Origin: Balanoglossus misakiensis
Lineage: Eukaryota > Animalia > Hemichordata
Length of the DNA: 64,000 nucleotides
Assembly (NCBI GenBank): GCA_040954595.2
Contig: CM082580.2
Span: forward strand, 9,836,390 to 9,900,389
Direction of reading: 5' to 3'
Positions 14,060 through 29,400 of the stretch are shown in pieces. The position numbers and the translations under genes are program-made. Under the pieces are notes generated by a model that searched no databases, was not told where the DNA came from, and saw nothing but the letters and a program-made list of their open reading frames with translations. How positions within the stretch are numbered: position 1 is the stretch's first letter; each line of letters opens with the position of its first letter.

Positions 14060-17000
14060 GAGGGTCATATCATTAATATTTCATTACGGAGGTCATTCCC
14101 CAGCCGGAGAGTGTGAAATGAGACTTGACAGAATTTCCTATACTAATGGTGGTATTATGTAAATGTCATCTCAATTCTTGGATGTCGTATCAGTGATCCG
14201 CTACGCAAAGGCACGAATAACAGGCAATTTGTCCGCGGTGATGCAGGGGAAAGAAAAAAAAAGAGGGGACTATTTGTTGACCCCTGAAATAGTGATATAA
14301 AATCAATTCACACAATGCATAATATGATTTGATGGTGAACAGTATTTCATTCCCGGCTTTGACAATTTCACATGGTATTAATACCGCTCCGACAATGAGC
14401 GGTGTAAACAGCAATGCTGCTAAAATCGGACTATCATCGATTTTCAATTCAACATCCATGTCCACTGACTGATGCAACATTTTCAATATCTGTCTGTATC
14501 CATTAACGATTTGTGTCTCTCACAAACAACGTCTTTTTTGTGCAACGTAGGAACTGATCTTCTGTGGAGGAGTTTACAAGACACTAGTGACATTGTATGA
14601 AGAGATTAACTTTTTTTTATTTCATTTCTGCAGTGCCTTTAACAAACCTCAACCCCTCCAGCTCAATTTCAAAAACCTGGTTAAATTCGCTGTGCCTTCC
14701 ATTGTATATATTCTAGCACGCATCGAATCCCTGCTGGGGAAAACTACAGTGCAACTACACAGAATAAAGATGTATTTAATCAGTTTTCTCTGTTTACTTT
14801 TATTTTAATTTAGAAATCGCTCACTCTGCAAACGGCGCATGAAATGTTACAGCTTTGAAAATTTTGCAAATAAGCCATCAGCAGTTGCAGCATTATTGCA
14901 GCAATGTGATTGAAGGGTGTGAGCGACACACACTGCATAATTGCTAGTCTTGCTGCAGGCGGATTCTCGGCCGTACCTTCTCATTCACATACACAAGACT
15001 CAGAATTTGCATTCAACACGTTCAGAAACATCGGCCATATTGGTGTAGCTATTAGCCAAGCACATGTTTATAACAGGCAGAGCTGTGCTACCATGAAATT
15101 TGTACGTCGCCACAGCTGAGCGGAGACGCATGGCCATGCCATTACCACGAGACAGATAGAGGCCAAAGATAGGGAAAACGGGGCTGTAATCCAAAGCTAA
15201 TAAAAAGCGAGGCGGAATATTGAAATTTACGCGCTGTGCGGCAATTTAACCTGAATGACCTTTGGATATTTGCATATCAAAGCATGCCACAGACTGAGGG
15301 TTTTCTTTTCTGCGGAAAAAAAATCACTACACCCGGACATCAAATCTTATCATCTTGAAATGCGCACGATTTTCTGATTTTCATGTAATGTTTAGCACAT
15401 CTTTCTGAATTTGAGGAGCCCATACAGATGTGCTCAGTCAAAAAATAAAGTCTGATTTCGATTACGGGTGGATGGGCACGAAACAGAGTAACTTTGAGTT
15501 TGTCGCTGTTGAACATTGGATGATGTCGTCACGGCCATTCCAAATCAAACAGGTGGCCACAAGAATATGTTTTCGTCATTAATGATTTTTTTTTGCTCAT
15601 GGTATAATTTCTACAATCTTTTACAGAAACGCTGTCTTGACTGTCCTATCTTGAATGCCATTTAATTCCTGAGAACAGAAAGATGAAATGTGTACCGTAC
15701 AGCGGGGTGGGATTTTCAGATATTTAACACCACAGTGGTTGTGTTCGTTTTCTCGCAACTGTGTGTTTAACTGATCAGTTGAGTCAGTTGAGTATTTCTT
15801 ATTCATAAAACATATTCAATGCTGTGACTTAATCAAAAATTTAAAATGTGTGTACGTGTGTACTTCCGGTAGGAGCTGACAGAGAGATAAAAACAAAACC
15901 TTACACAAGAAACCCTTTCTGTACGTGAGCCACTGGTGGCGAATCTTGGGGCTACCAATGCAGTGAAAATAGCAACCTAAGACGTCACTGCCATGCAAGT
16001 TTCATGGATATTACGCGAGTGATCAATATTTCAAAAGTGGTATCCGCCGCTCCGAGGTGCGATTGGACTAGTTCTGGGATATTCCCTTACAAATTCTGAT
16101 CATAATCATGTCTTGAGCTGGATACTGTAGATATCCGAGCTTTGAAATCTGATTATTGGGGAAAAGATGCGGTGAGTCTTGTCCGTGTGTCTGCCAGCAC
16201 CGTGAAAGGAAATCTAATATTCAATGGAAACCATAAAGCATGAGGCCCTGTCAATATTTAATGATCAATTTTATTGTGATTTCACGACGAACCAAATCTA
16301 TTTTTTTCTGCCATGCTGGGGAGTAATACGAGCGGATTGTGAAGACACTTTGCCAAAACAAGATCCACGTTTTGCACAAACAGATCGTATGCGATACTTA
16401 TATAGGAAGCACGATCAGACCGCATAACCTATACTTTTGGTACTCAAAATATCTCCTATCCTGAACAAAAAATTGAGCAACAGACCACTGGGCATGCCAT
16501 TTTTTATCAATAATGCAATTCTTTTCCATTTTCAAACATTCAAGAGTGTTACACAAAAAAGTCTATCGATTCAAAATGGAGGAAAAATCATCTCCAGGTT
16601 CAATTGCTTCTGAAATTTTGCAACCGATTTGGCCTTTGTAATCCGACCCCACTACTAGCTTTGAAAAGTATGAGATGATGCATGATGGGAAAAGTACATA
16701 CAGTACTCTGCTGTTAAACATTCCATATGTGAGTAATTTCATTTGAATGAAGCAATTATTTTACATTTTATTTTGAGTTTATCATTTTCCGAAACGTTGT
16801 TTGAGGGTCAATGAAGTATACCATATCCATTAAAAACTAAAAATAGAGTTTGGGTATATTGCCTTTGTTAAGAGGAAGATACATGTAATATTTTAATTTG
16901 ATTATTTCCATAAGTATTAAGAAAATAGGCAATGGAAAATACTCATTTGGGGAATTTTTGCACTCAACAATAGATCTGATAGTGTATACCATCTGTGGAT

Positions 17001-19907
17001 GCATTCAGCCGCGGATTAAAAAAAATTAAATATTATATTCAGGGAGGGGAATACATTCAATAAACAGTGACATAATGTATGTACAGAAAATTTGAAGGGA
17101 TAAACAGAGTTGGCAATCCAGCTCATAGTCTGACCTCACAGTCGTCATATCAACTACATGACTTTTTTCCCTTTTCTGATTATACAAATTTGTTTCTGAC
17201 CCCAAAGGTTTTTTTTTTTCATTGGGATATAATCTCAAACGTAGGCGGTGGCTAAAATTAAAATTTTATAAATAAGTTATCAATTAATCTCTAAATACCC
17301 CATTGACTATGCAAAGTGTAATTAAAATTAAAATTAGTTGCCACCTACACAAATGTATGCAGGCCAAATAAAGTGTCTCCATTCAGGTGACACAGTTCTT
17401 ACAGCTCGTCTATTTGAGATTTTCCAAAATAGGTCAATTTTAAAATGCATACTTTTTCTGTGAATATTTCCGGTTTTATTTATTTAAGCCTACATATACA
17501 TATGATGCATATGAGACTGTATTGCCACAAATTGTAATTCTACAGAAAAAACAAATGTCTGGACTGGTGAATTTGATGAGAGTTTGATTAGCATCAAAGG
17601 AATATTCTCTTCTTAATTGTACAGTGTAAAACATTCAGAAGGAAAATTAACTTATTTTGAGAAAATATGGTTTTGTTTTTTTTTGTGCTAGGGAAGGGGC
17701 AAGAGACTTAATCAGCCAACAATAACGTCTTAACGTTAATGGCTTCAGATTAAAAGTGTTGCTGACAATTTCCTGGTTCTTAGGGTCACTGCATTCATTT
17801 GCATATTAACAGGAACAGCACTTTTATGGGAAAATGCACCGAATGGTATGCAAAATCAGAAACAGAAAAAAATACGACTAGCTGAAAATTTAACGGCATG
17901 ACAACCAGCTTCAATACTATCAAGTATTCTCAAAACTATTAAATCACGATCGGAGCAATGCGGCTTTCATGAAAACCATAAATTAATCTAAAAATACCCC
18001 GGCAACCGCCAGAATGTTAACAGTTCAACGAAAGCGCGAGCTAAAACAAAAAAGGGGCAGATTTTACTGCGTGGACAAGAGCTTTGTTGTCAACTAATTA
18101 ATCCTTACACATCTTTACACAGCGGTTTGGCATACATAATCAATATAACTGTCACGCTCACACTAAAAAACAGCCGGGCATTGCTACGTGTAAAAGAAGA
18201 CAGAAACACGTGATACACACTAAATGGACAAATGTATATGAGCTGTGACCCATTAATGCAGAACACTGATTTCTAAAACACTGCACTGTTATTTCGCTTT
18301 CTCCTCCATTGTGAAGAGAGCTGCCCCAGCCTGTCAGGGGTTTTCAAAGTGCCACGTAAACTGCATAGAAATGTTAATTTCAACGGGTGGAATTTGGTAA
18401 CATATGGCAGCGACAATGGCAAGATTTACGCAGCATTGTTACACTTTGCACGACAGCTTAATAACCCACAAAATTTAGTGAATATTTTCACTTAATATTT
18501 GATTTCTTTTTGGGGTGGGGGTCGAAAGTCTCTCCATTAGGGTACGATCGAAGCACACATTATTGTTTTCAGCGTATTTACCGCGGCTGTATTCGATCTG
18601 ATAAGATGAAAATGGAGACCGCACGACAAAGAGTGGAAAAGGCAATAAAAGGCAGGCCTACCTACAGAGGTTAATTGGTGTGGCTGGGCCAGCGGAGGCA
18701 GAGCAGGCGTTTCAGGAATTCACCAGGAACCCGAAGAGGTCAGAGAGATGCTGACGTACATAATAATTATTTCTTTTTTTTTGCCAAATCATCACAGTCA
18801 GAGCAGTTTCCCTCAGCGGTGCGACGGCAAATACTTGCTTGTGAAGGCCTTCATCACTGAGATACACTCGGTTGAATACATTATCAAATAAGTCAACACT
18901 CTCAGAATGAGATCTATATTATATATATATATTAACCGGGAGTTGAGATGAAGGAAGAATTTCCTTACTCTAAGGCTGACAAGTAACTGCTTATACATAC
19001 GCGGTCATTATTACAGACGAGTGAAGTGAAATTATTACTGTGTAATTGCATGAAATCTGCGTCTATGAATAAATCTGAATACGAAAAATGAACTCAGCGG
19101 AGACGTGTGGGCTGGGAGTGAAATGAAGTGATTGTAATATGGCTGTGTGTCTCCATCAATGAAGAAAAGGTGGGAGGAGGAGAGCCTATGATGAGGGTGA
19201 GGGAACGCTGGTAATGAAATGATGGCTATTGCCACCTGAATTCAAGTAGAAGGTCACACGATTCAGAGATGTGGCTTGTCCTTGCAGATTACGACACAGA
19301 CACAAACGACTGCTTTTGTTGTCCGATGAACGAAGACTGTGTGTCTGCTCACAAGAAATGACGAGACTGATGATTTACGACTATTACACCGACAATCGTT
19401 TGGAAACAGTTTTTTGTTGTTGTTACCTGTACATGGGTTGGGTATTTGGCCGAATGCTGGCAGCAGCAGCCACGTCGCTCGTTCTGTGCACACAGGGCCC
19501 AGCTGTTGGCAGGTTAATTAGAAGCGCAAGATGGCCAAAGAACAAATAATACGCCTAGTCGGTCGACGTGTACGTGTGAGTGTGTGCGTGTCTGTGTGTA
19601 AACAGTGCCAACGCTGGGATATCGAGTAAAAGTATAATTAATGACTCTCCATCAAATGCTGTGATTTTACGCACAATGGAAAAAAAGAGAAGTGAAGATG
19701 GAAGTACCTGATTTTTGCCGGGTGTGGGTGTAGGCGTACAGGGATGAGACTCCCGGCCCAGTCTTCCATATCACCTCACCGTAATGCATGGCTATACTAA
19801 AAGACTCACGTGCCCGGCTAACCATGGTTTTTAAAGACACCCCTTCTTAGCCATGCGATTTTCACCAGTTATACATGAATTATGGGCATGATTTGAAGGG
19901 GTCACTT

Positions 19908-19921
19908 GTTGCCACGGTAAC
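19908..19921. promoter_or_regulatory. RFX X-box-like motif
   Basis: GTTGCCACGGTAAC, two mismatches from the palindrome GTTGCCATGGCAAC. Confidence 0.45.
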
Positions 19922-21779
19922 CTAAACAGCTGTTGTCAGCAGAAAGGGAAAGCCGTGTAATATATTGAAAGCTTATTATTGATTTGATGTGCTGATTCCA
20001 CTCAGACGAAATGGACTGAGCCATTCCGATCATTAACATCACCCCCTTGTCTGATAGATGAACATCTTTCATATGCCTCACACCGAATACACACAACCCT
20101 CATTTTACACTCGGATATTTTTTTGCATATTATCATAAACACTGGCACCCACTCACAGTGTCATTACTTTAATTGCAGTAATCATGCTTGCTATTAACTC
20201 AGTTTTCATTCAATCACAATAGTTCACAGGTTTTTTAAAAAGAAAAAACATGTTGATCAATCTTGATACGGAAACAACATACAGAGGGAGATGACCGTTG
20301 TTATAAAAATGAAACTGATCAATTCAGATATTCTGCCTCTCCCCTCGGATCGGATGAATCTGCCTCTGTGAAAGGCTACATGTCCTTATCAGAATGCGGT
20401 ACATGCATTTGCTTCATTTCCCAGAGTGCTTCTTCCGCGGGAGATTTTTTTTTCTTCTCCCATCCCAAAAAGTGGCAGCGAATGCATATTAATTGAATGG
20501 CAACGGTGTCCATCGACAGCTACGTGGCGGCACTTTTCAACATTGGAAAGCCGAGAGCGTGAAGCGCTCTTGGTCGTCAACAGGGTAGCGCCATTTTCCA
20601 GATGCGGAACCGTTGCCTCAAATCGAAATATTAAATATTTAATATTCCACGCGCCTTTGCAGCCATGCTCTCCGAAACGTTAGAATTGTATTCACGGCGG
20701 ATTTTATCGTTTGGTCTTTTTTCCCTTCCCCCTGTTTGATACTATTGACTTACAGTGCCTCGCTTTATTCAGTGACAATAACAAGTTTGACCTGGTTTTT
20801 CCTGCAGAAATGAGTTCTTCAAGAAAATCAATATGAATTTTGTGTACAATACTTCTGTGCAATCCTGCTCTACTTTTGTGCGGTAACTTGTTTTTCTTCT
20901 TCGAAAACAAGCGTGGCTTTCACCCGAACTATATATTAATTTCCGTCCTTGTATAAAACTTGCATATATTTTAAAATCCTTTCTTTCTGCATGTGCCTCT
21001 GGTCACAGGGAAATTATACTTGTAATTGGAATATTAAAATATTGAATATTAAAATTATGTTCTTAAATATATTCTCACGGTTGCCTTGAACAGAGTATGG
21101 AAAATAGAGAAATATCATTGGAAAATTAAAATATTGAATTGAAGATGGTTTCGTCATTTAAGCCCAAATCCTGCGTTTGAATTTTCAATCTGGAGAATAA
21201 GTAACATGGAAACAATTGCGCATTTTTGAAAATTCTATTGCTTTTGGCATTAATACATATCTAGATGAAATGAAGTGTGTTGTGTTAGTAATGCTGTAAC
21301 ATGCATGCAAGAAATTCTCTGGAGGAAAAAAATCACAAAGCTCAATAACAGATCAATATATATATTTTTTTTCGTGGACTGGGAACACATTGAAAGCAGT
21401 TCCTGCCAAAGACATTACCCTTTCAGTTTATAATACGACTGCAATGGGCTGCAAATTCCTACAAATACTGCGTGACGTAAAGTAACAAAAACCATGCTTG
21501 ATTGTAATGAAATCCCTCTGTTTAGTTCAATTTCCAAGATCCATTCATGCTCTTAAGTATGGAATTAATAATCACAACTCGCAAATAAAATAAATTCAAA
21601 ACCCTGAATTGCTAATACATTATAACGTGCTGTACACAATATTGGAAATTATGCCATGAATGACCCGCTCTTGAAAATTTGTATCGAACACCAGAAAGAA
21701 AATTAAGAAACAAAGATGGAAAAAAACTGCCGAGATAAAAACGACACCCTCTAATAAATACCCACACGGGCGGAGATCA

Positions 21780-21792
21780 GTTGCTAGGCAAC
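21780..21792. promoter_or_regulatory. RFX X-box-like motif
   Basis: GTTGCTAGGCAAC matches the RFX consensus GTNRCN(0-3)RGYAAC. Confidence 0.45.
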
Positions 21793-24493
21793 AGCGTGAC
21801 CCTCTCTGGATTGGATCGTTTTGTGTCTGGGTGTTGTTTTCAGTTATGGAGAACTCCTGGGACTCATTAACAGCATGCATGAATAGCTACAAACAAAAAA
21901 AGACTCTGGCAGGGGTCAAGCACAAAAACAATCATGTATATTTTGTACTCTAGCTGCGACAAAAAGACGAAAGATTCTTTCCCCCCTCAGACGTTTCCGT
22001 AATCACAGTTCGAAGATTTCAAACACACGCAAATGAAATAAAATTAAAAAACAGCCCAAATCCAATTATCTCCCATGATGCTCGTGCGTGCGTTTGTTTG
22101 TCAGTCTTGTCTGTGATATACGTTTCCTCCAGTGGCGATAAACTCCCAGAGGATGTGGTATCATTTCTGTCAGAGATTCTAGCATACAGTACTTATGTTT
22201 GCAGGAACATATGCAATCACAGTAACGGTGTTGTGATGTACATGTACCTGAAGAATTCTGGTCACCTTTTTGGAGGTGGCAAAACTCCTCACACAAGTCC
22301 GAATCACTGGACCATAACACATTACCGATTAGCTTACTCATTTAAATCATATTTTATGATTGGCAAATGGGATATAAAGCGACCAACACTTGTATTTAAT
22401 AATTATTTATTTTAAGTTTCCTACAATGTCCTAACTGCAAATAAAATCCATTCAGAGAAAGACAGACACTAGATAGACAGGCAAACAGACAGATCACCTG
22501 TCATCAGATGATCAGTTTTAATAGACAGAGAAAGAAACAGACACACAGAGTGACAGGAGAAAGAAAACTGGAAAAATGCTGCATAAAAGGTATCAGTTTA
22601 CGTGGAACTATGTCACACTCATTTTCCCCCCAATAAATGCCATTTCATTTATGTCCAGCCCCGCTTTATAATCAAATACCAATCAAATAACCTTGACACT
22701 GACAGCTCATCCGGGCCATCCAATGACAAGTTATTGGAGATGGCAAGAGCTATGATAAATCAATTCTCTCGTTTGTACAGACTGCACATAATTGAGTTTA
22801 TGGATCTGCTGAATGCTATGCAACTAAAATTGCACGTCGAATTAGGTGAAAAAAAATGCGAATTCTTTAGTGTTATTGATATTAATGGCTTGTATCATCC
22901 AAACCATCAATGCAAATGGCACAATGAAAAACACACAACATGTGCCTCTACACACAGAAGCAAATGAATATTTAATAAAACACAAACTGAGGAGTTGTAT
23001 ACACATTATTAGGCAGTAAGTGAAATTTATCTGTAATAAAACTGAGAAAGAAAAAAAAATACTGATCAATTTATTAATTTGAAATTATGAGGAAGGAATG
23101 AGTGATCACGCGAACTTAACAGCAGATCACAGGCATGGAACAAATTGTCGTATGACAAGATAATATTTTATTCAGCACAGGGAATAATGACAAACGTCCG
23201 TGTTTGAAGAAGAGATGCACTTTTTTGGAATTGAGTGAGTTATAATGGAGTGTGTTTACCGCTGGCAATTAATCAACGAGACATGTCTTCTTGGCGAAAT
23301 CGAACAAGTCCATGATAATGCAGCCTTGACTTTGCAGCCTACTTTTACCCAATCGTTCATTTATAATTAAAATGCAGAGAGATTAAAATCATTGCCGGGA
23401 CCTTGATAGGTGGGCAGCCACCACTGGGGAACAGAGAAAATAAATCCAGTGTATGAACAAACCGTTGACCCCCCTTGCGAAATATACAGCATTAATTTTT
23501 TAACTTATAGGCAGCCGTTCAAGTCAATTCCCTGTGACGCATAGCCGGCTGATAAGAAAAGGAGAATCAAGTACAAGACGCAAAAAAAGAGGACACAGAC
23601 ACCAAGGCCACAGAGGGAGGGGACCGGGTGAATCCAACAGCATATTTTCCATTTCATCTGCAGCTCTTGTAATCTCGCCCAAATTTAACTGACATTTTAA
23701 AGGGGGAAAAAAATCTTTGCAAACAGCGATTAGAGGTATCATGACAATTGGGGTTGATATTTCTGGAATGGTGGAAATGGGAATTGGCACCCTCGGGCCA
23801 TGATCCTACAGGAAGAACATCACTTTTTCTCTCTGCTTTATTTCCTTCTCCATTTTCCAAATTATCATTAGGCCAAGTAGTATTTTTTTTTGGAGGGGGA
23901 GGGGAATCAGATGTGAAGAGGGGAAACAGGAAATCAGAACAGAGAGCCTTCTGTTTTATTTCAGACTTCATCCATCCTTTAATAAATTACAGCGCTGGAA
24001 AAAATAGTAGCCTTCGAACTTTTAAAGGAGTACTGTCAGCTTCAGCAAGGAAAGGTTTAAACACCATCTACACATAAATAATAAGCAAAGTGATTTGCAT
24101 ATTTTTGCTAAAGAAACCCGCACATCAGCCTGCACCAAGTTTAATTTTGTTTTACTTTGTTGTGATAATGCCCACTTCTTACAGAAAAAAAGAACGAAAT
24201 AAAAAACAATGGACAATCGGAAATAAAGACCCACTCTTGGCTGAATGAATTTATATGCACAGCATTCATTGGACAGGGAATGAAAGAAGTCCATAAATTT
24301 GCTGAATGAAGATCCTTTGATTCACTTTGCAATGAAACTGATCAGTGTTTACGATTGTGTCTGGCATTCCAACCTGGTTGATGGGGGAAAATAATTGCGT
24401 GGCACGATTCAACCTGGATGATGTTATTTTAATGCCGCAACAGTCCATCATTCGTATGCGTACGTTCGACTGTATTCGTACCTTCCCCCAGCC

Positions 24494-24555
24494 ATTCTGA
24501 GCGCTGAAAGAATCACGTGTGCTACGGATATCCACGAGCTATTCTGAGCGCTGAA
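24494..24555 (+). repeat. 15-bp exact direct repeat flanking 32 bp
   Basis: ATTCTGAGCGCTGAA at 24494-24508 and 24541-24555. Confidence 0.8.
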
Positions 24556-26423
24556 TGAAACATTTTTATGTTCCTTAAAAAATGCACGAATAGCTCCCTT
24601 TTCATAGATGTTTCTACTCTCCCTTTAAGAGCATCGCCAGTTCAGGAGGTGAAAAAAAAGCGTTTATTCAGAGAGGCGGACCTTGCAAGTCAAACTATGT
24701 CCTGACTGACAGAAAATCTATGTGGCGACCTTGAAATCATTTATAGAAAACTTTGAGGTCAGAGGTCGGCGGCGACCTTGGAAAATCACTGCAGGACATG
24801 AATGCCTGTGTCAAGGTATTCACAAATTAAAAATCTGAAAAGAAGCACTCCTCATAAGCAGGATTTTCTGGATTTTCATATTTTTAAAGGGCATTTTTTT
24901 TATTTTGTAGAAATGGCGGGCAGGGCAATTCTCGACTAACGAACAGAAGTCATGCTGCATCATTTGTCAACCGTCATTTACGTTACAAGTAGCATTACGT
25001 TCTGTGGTCAATTATATGCAGAGACATATTGCACAGACGACTTCAGTGGGCAATTTAGATTCAAACAAAATCTGCTATTTTTATTAGTCATTTAAGATGA
25101 TCAAACAGCTTATTGATCATACGGTCAGTGGTTTCGGCTGTGCCGGGAGATGAGAAACATTACAAGTCGCCGTTGGACGGGATTAATTTATCCTAAGCCA
25201 TTTGTGAGATGAGGGCCAGGAAACATTCTAGCTACTGGTTGTGCCAAGGAAACAGAAAATTTGAGCCACCACCTCATGTCCCTAGAGGCTTCCAATATAT
25301 CTAGGCAACATTTTTTTTAGATTATCAATTGGGTATTATCAAAGACACACAGCTCATCACTAAAATTAAATTTTAATTAGATACTTTAGAGATCAAATTG
25401 CTCTATCAGCTTTTATTGTATTATTCATTATTTCATTTTTAATTAGAATTACTTGGGGTTTTTTGAGCGCCAGAGAAGAGATGAGGAAAATCTCGCACTT
25501 GCGACTCATGACGTTCTGATGACCTTTGATCCCGAAACATTGGGTTCGTTTCTCTGTAATTGCATCGTTCAACAAGTAATCAGTCGCAGGAAACGATATT
25601 TTCATCTTTTCCTTCCCTGATGTTGGTTATTTCCAAAGACCCTGTGATGATGGTCGACATTCATGAATGCGTGCAGACACTAGTTTTAATTTCAACAGTG
25701 TGATTGACAGATAAAAAGCAGTCTGTGACATAAATTTTCTTTTTTGTGGACCATTTTCCCCCTCATTCCGGTATCCGCCTGGGAAATGGCTGATACAAAA
25801 GAAGGTCATGAGCAATAAACTACGAAATCACCTTTGATTTTATACGAGCTGAATTTTATTCTACCAGCGACATTCACAACAGATTCATCTCCGTGGCTGT
25901 GGTTTTACTGAGGAAGTAAAAAAAAAAAATCCCGCCGTTAAATGGCCTCGACATTGTAGGCGGGTGAAATGCGATGCGTTTGGCACATGTAGCAATTTAC
26001 AGGCGACAATGGCACTTATTCACGCGGTGTTATAATGTAACCAATGCGGCATATGTTATGCACAATAGGCAATGTAATCAATCGGTAGAAAACATGGCTA
26101 ATCCCCAATCCTATGTGACACACTCGTACAAAACCCGACCTTTCTTTTCATGCTGACCATTCACAATATTCTTCAAAGACGAGCACAGAGGTACAGCCTG
26201 CATACAAAAAACTTGTTTTAAAAACCAATTCCAACCGCACAATATCATGCCAGGCAAAAAGGTCACCGTGTTTTAATTAGATCTGGGAGAGATAGGAAAT
26301 CACGGCCAACCTCAATCATTTACCTTCTCTCTCCCAAGTTAAAATCTGAAACATGATCATCTAAACTTGTTCAGAATTAGGGTCAGATGTGTCTCAACTG
26401 AGGTCTTTTGACATACTGTCGAG

Positions 26424-26463
26424 CCCCCCCCCCCTCCCCCTCCCCCCTCACACACACACACAA
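26424..26463. repeat. C-rich tract followed by (CA)n
   Basis: Interrupted poly-C at 26424-26447, then cacacacacacaca. Confidence 0.85.
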
Positions 26464-29400
26464 ACACCTAACAGATATAAGGTACAGAAATTGGATTTTT
26501 TTCAACTAACTATATTGCGTATTTAATGTTTTTATTTTCCCAAGATAACCAGATGACCGCAAATCAGTCTTAGAATTTCTCAATGTACTAGGGATACTCA
26601 ACGGTAGTTATACACTCCCTAGGGAGTCCCTTCTTCGCGCTCTGAAGGGGGCATCTTTGCTGTCTTGATATCCTTGTATGTTTCCCCAAAAGCCATCTTA
26701 ATTGAAAGACTTCTCAGTGGCTTTTCAAACTGATGATCTCCAGATTAAAAAGAGGACACTGCAAATGGGAGTTTTGAACTTTTCGAGAGGGTGGAAAACA
26801 GACTCCTGTCCTTTCGAAACGCAGAGGAACATTCAAATTTGTACGCTTTAACTTAACTTGTGAAAATTTTGCTTAGAGGGAGATGGAAAAGAAATGGGGG
26901 AAGTTGGTTTGCAAATTGGACGTTTAAATGTGTGTGTTCTGGATAATAGCGAGTGAAAACTGCACAGCAGCATTCATTCACAAAGGCGACACTTTAACAG
27001 TGTGGACAGGATGGTCGCTTACAAAGGAAGTGAAAATTTCTGTCCTCGAGGCAGCTCTCAGGAAGACACGGAGCGGTGTCTTGTAAAAAGCAACCTTGAC
27101 ACCAAAAAAGAAATCACAGTTTCAGTGATTCGCAGAGAGCTAATTCGCACTTCAGCTCGAAAAACAGGGCAGATTATACAGGTCAAAGGTGTGATGGCGG
27201 CCTATGTACCATCTAACTATCCTGAACTTCGTATGGAGAGACAACCATTATAATTGGTACACATGGAAGAAAAAAAATCATGCTAAATTTACACCTAAAT
27301 ATGCCAGCAACTGTAATTTTTGTTGAGTAACAGTACCTCCAAAACCTGTTGACACCAGTTTATTTTTCGAGTATTAATTGAGAAGAGTTTTGTGCAACTG
27401 AAGCTGGCAAACAAGGAAAACATTCTTCTAGCGACACTGTGATCTGACAGTAGAGCCATCTTCACGCCAAGACTAAGCAGCAGGAGGTCTGAAAAATGAT
27501 ACAATGATGTCGCAGAGGAAGAGTTTGCCCATACGGGGAGCTGCTGGCTGAATAAATGGTGGCACTCACATTTACATGCGAGTATTCAGCATCTGCAGAC
27601 AGTCATGTTGAGAGAGTTGAGCCACGGAAAAAAAAAACACTTTGAAAAACAGGCGGTGAGATGAGACGGCTTTTAGCATTAATTCGATGATTGTGGGAAT
27701 CCCTTGCCAAGCACGTACACGAAATGCCAAAGTTTACTTCTGTAAATGCACATTAATTTTTTAAGGCAATGCACTGTGTTGAAAAACAAAGGCGCAGCCT
27801 TCATACATTCGGTAAACTTGAAACGCTGCAGGTCAAAACCTCCATTGTCTAATTTGGAAGGGAAATTTTGACTTTACTTTTAACTCCAAACTATGCGGTG
27901 GGGAAAAAAAGACATTCGCCGTAATCACAGTGAGCAATATTTAATAGATTTCATTCATCAAAAAAGGGACGACTTCAGAGTACAATTTTTCAGTGCCCTG
28001 GGTACATGTATTTGTATTTTGTTTCTACAAATGTAGAAATGTAATTGTTTGCCTATATTTCACATCCACACTCAATGATTCACACACACATTTCTTATTC
28101 AACTCTTCTGTTGTCAAATCAGTTTTTTTGCATAGAAATGTATTGAGATGTTTCAAAACATGATTTAAATTGTAAACGAGCTGCAACAAGGCATGCAGCT
28201 CAATAGATTTGCATCACATATTGAAAAGGTCGGTCATCACCCCCTTTTTAAGTAAATGGCACAACCTTTTTCTATTTATGTTCAAATATTTACCCCTATC
28301 TTCACTAAATCTTTGATTCTACTTCTCATATTCCACAATTTGGTAGCCATTTTGATTATAAACCAGTACGATAAATATGTTTTTCAATATGAATCACCGC
28401 ATACAAGATGACCTACTTATATCAATTTTCCTGTCTTTGAACAGAAAACGTCTTAGATTTATCTGTAATTCCTGGATCATTTTTCTACATTTCAACACCA
28501 GTACAATAATCAAATTACAGCCGAGGCCGTACTTTTTTATCTGGCAGGCCACAAATGTCTGATATTGAAATTAATCTTTACAAGTATCATGGCACGTACT
28601 ACATGTACCTATACGGACTGGATTTTGAGTTACGACTTCATGACACGTGCGCATCGGGGTTTACTACACAAATGCTGATGAAAAATTAAGATACAAGTTT
28701 ATCAAATCATTAACGATCCCACTGTGAATGAATCTGCGATCCCGATGAACACTATTAATGCCGTGAGAGAGATCTGTATCTTGGCTGTTTATTCAGACTC
28801 ATTCACTTCACGCGACAACTCTGAATATTTAGATTGGCCTTTTATATGATGCTTTCCTGTTTGAGATGAGTTTGAAGTAATCTTCAGGAAGATTTGCCTG
28901 CCTTTGTTAGCCAGAGACTAATTTTCTAAGACTCGGTATCAATATTTATTACCCGGTAATGTAGGCATATTGACTGAAATATCAAATAATTCGTTTTTAT
29001 GTATCATCTTGAAAATGAATACATCCAAATGTTTAAGCAATATTTATTCAGGGTTTATCTACATATTATAGATTTTGTACTAAATGTACTACCAGTACGT
29101 AAATACTACAAATTAGTAATTTCCCCCTTTTACTGAATATGAAGCCTTGATTAATTGTGTCATCATTTTAGAGCCATGCATATAACAGCCAAAGTTTGAC
29201 TGTGGGCTGACCTGTGTTCACTCTGTCATTACAAAATGAACCAGAATTATTAATAAAGAAAGACATTTTCAAGCATCTTCACGTATGAAACAACAGGTTG
29301 TTCAAAGAAAAATGATGCAAGTATAAACCAAGCAGACGACAAATTGAGTGGTTTGCTCTTTTGAAAGAAAACACGGAAGAAATTTGTCGTTCCTCAGCAA

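Noticed and set aside
17294-17370. Minus-strand TTGCATAGTCA matches the first 11 nt of miR-153, whose vertebrate host genes are PTPRN and PTPRN2
   Set aside because: The rest diverges (ATGGGG versus CAAAAGTG), the upstream arm pairs poorly, and vertebrate miR-153 lies in a later intron within the phosphatase-domain region. Treated as a chance match.
24494-24555. Repeat, 32-nt spacer, repeat: superficially CRISPR-like
   Set aside because: Only two 15-bp copies, eukaryotic intron context and no cas genes; more likely a small duplication or TSD.
24022-24628. TTAAAGG...CCTTTAA ends suggesting a TTAA-targeting non-autonomous DNA transposon
   Set aside because: The inverted match extends only about 7 bp; insufficient without copy-number evidence.
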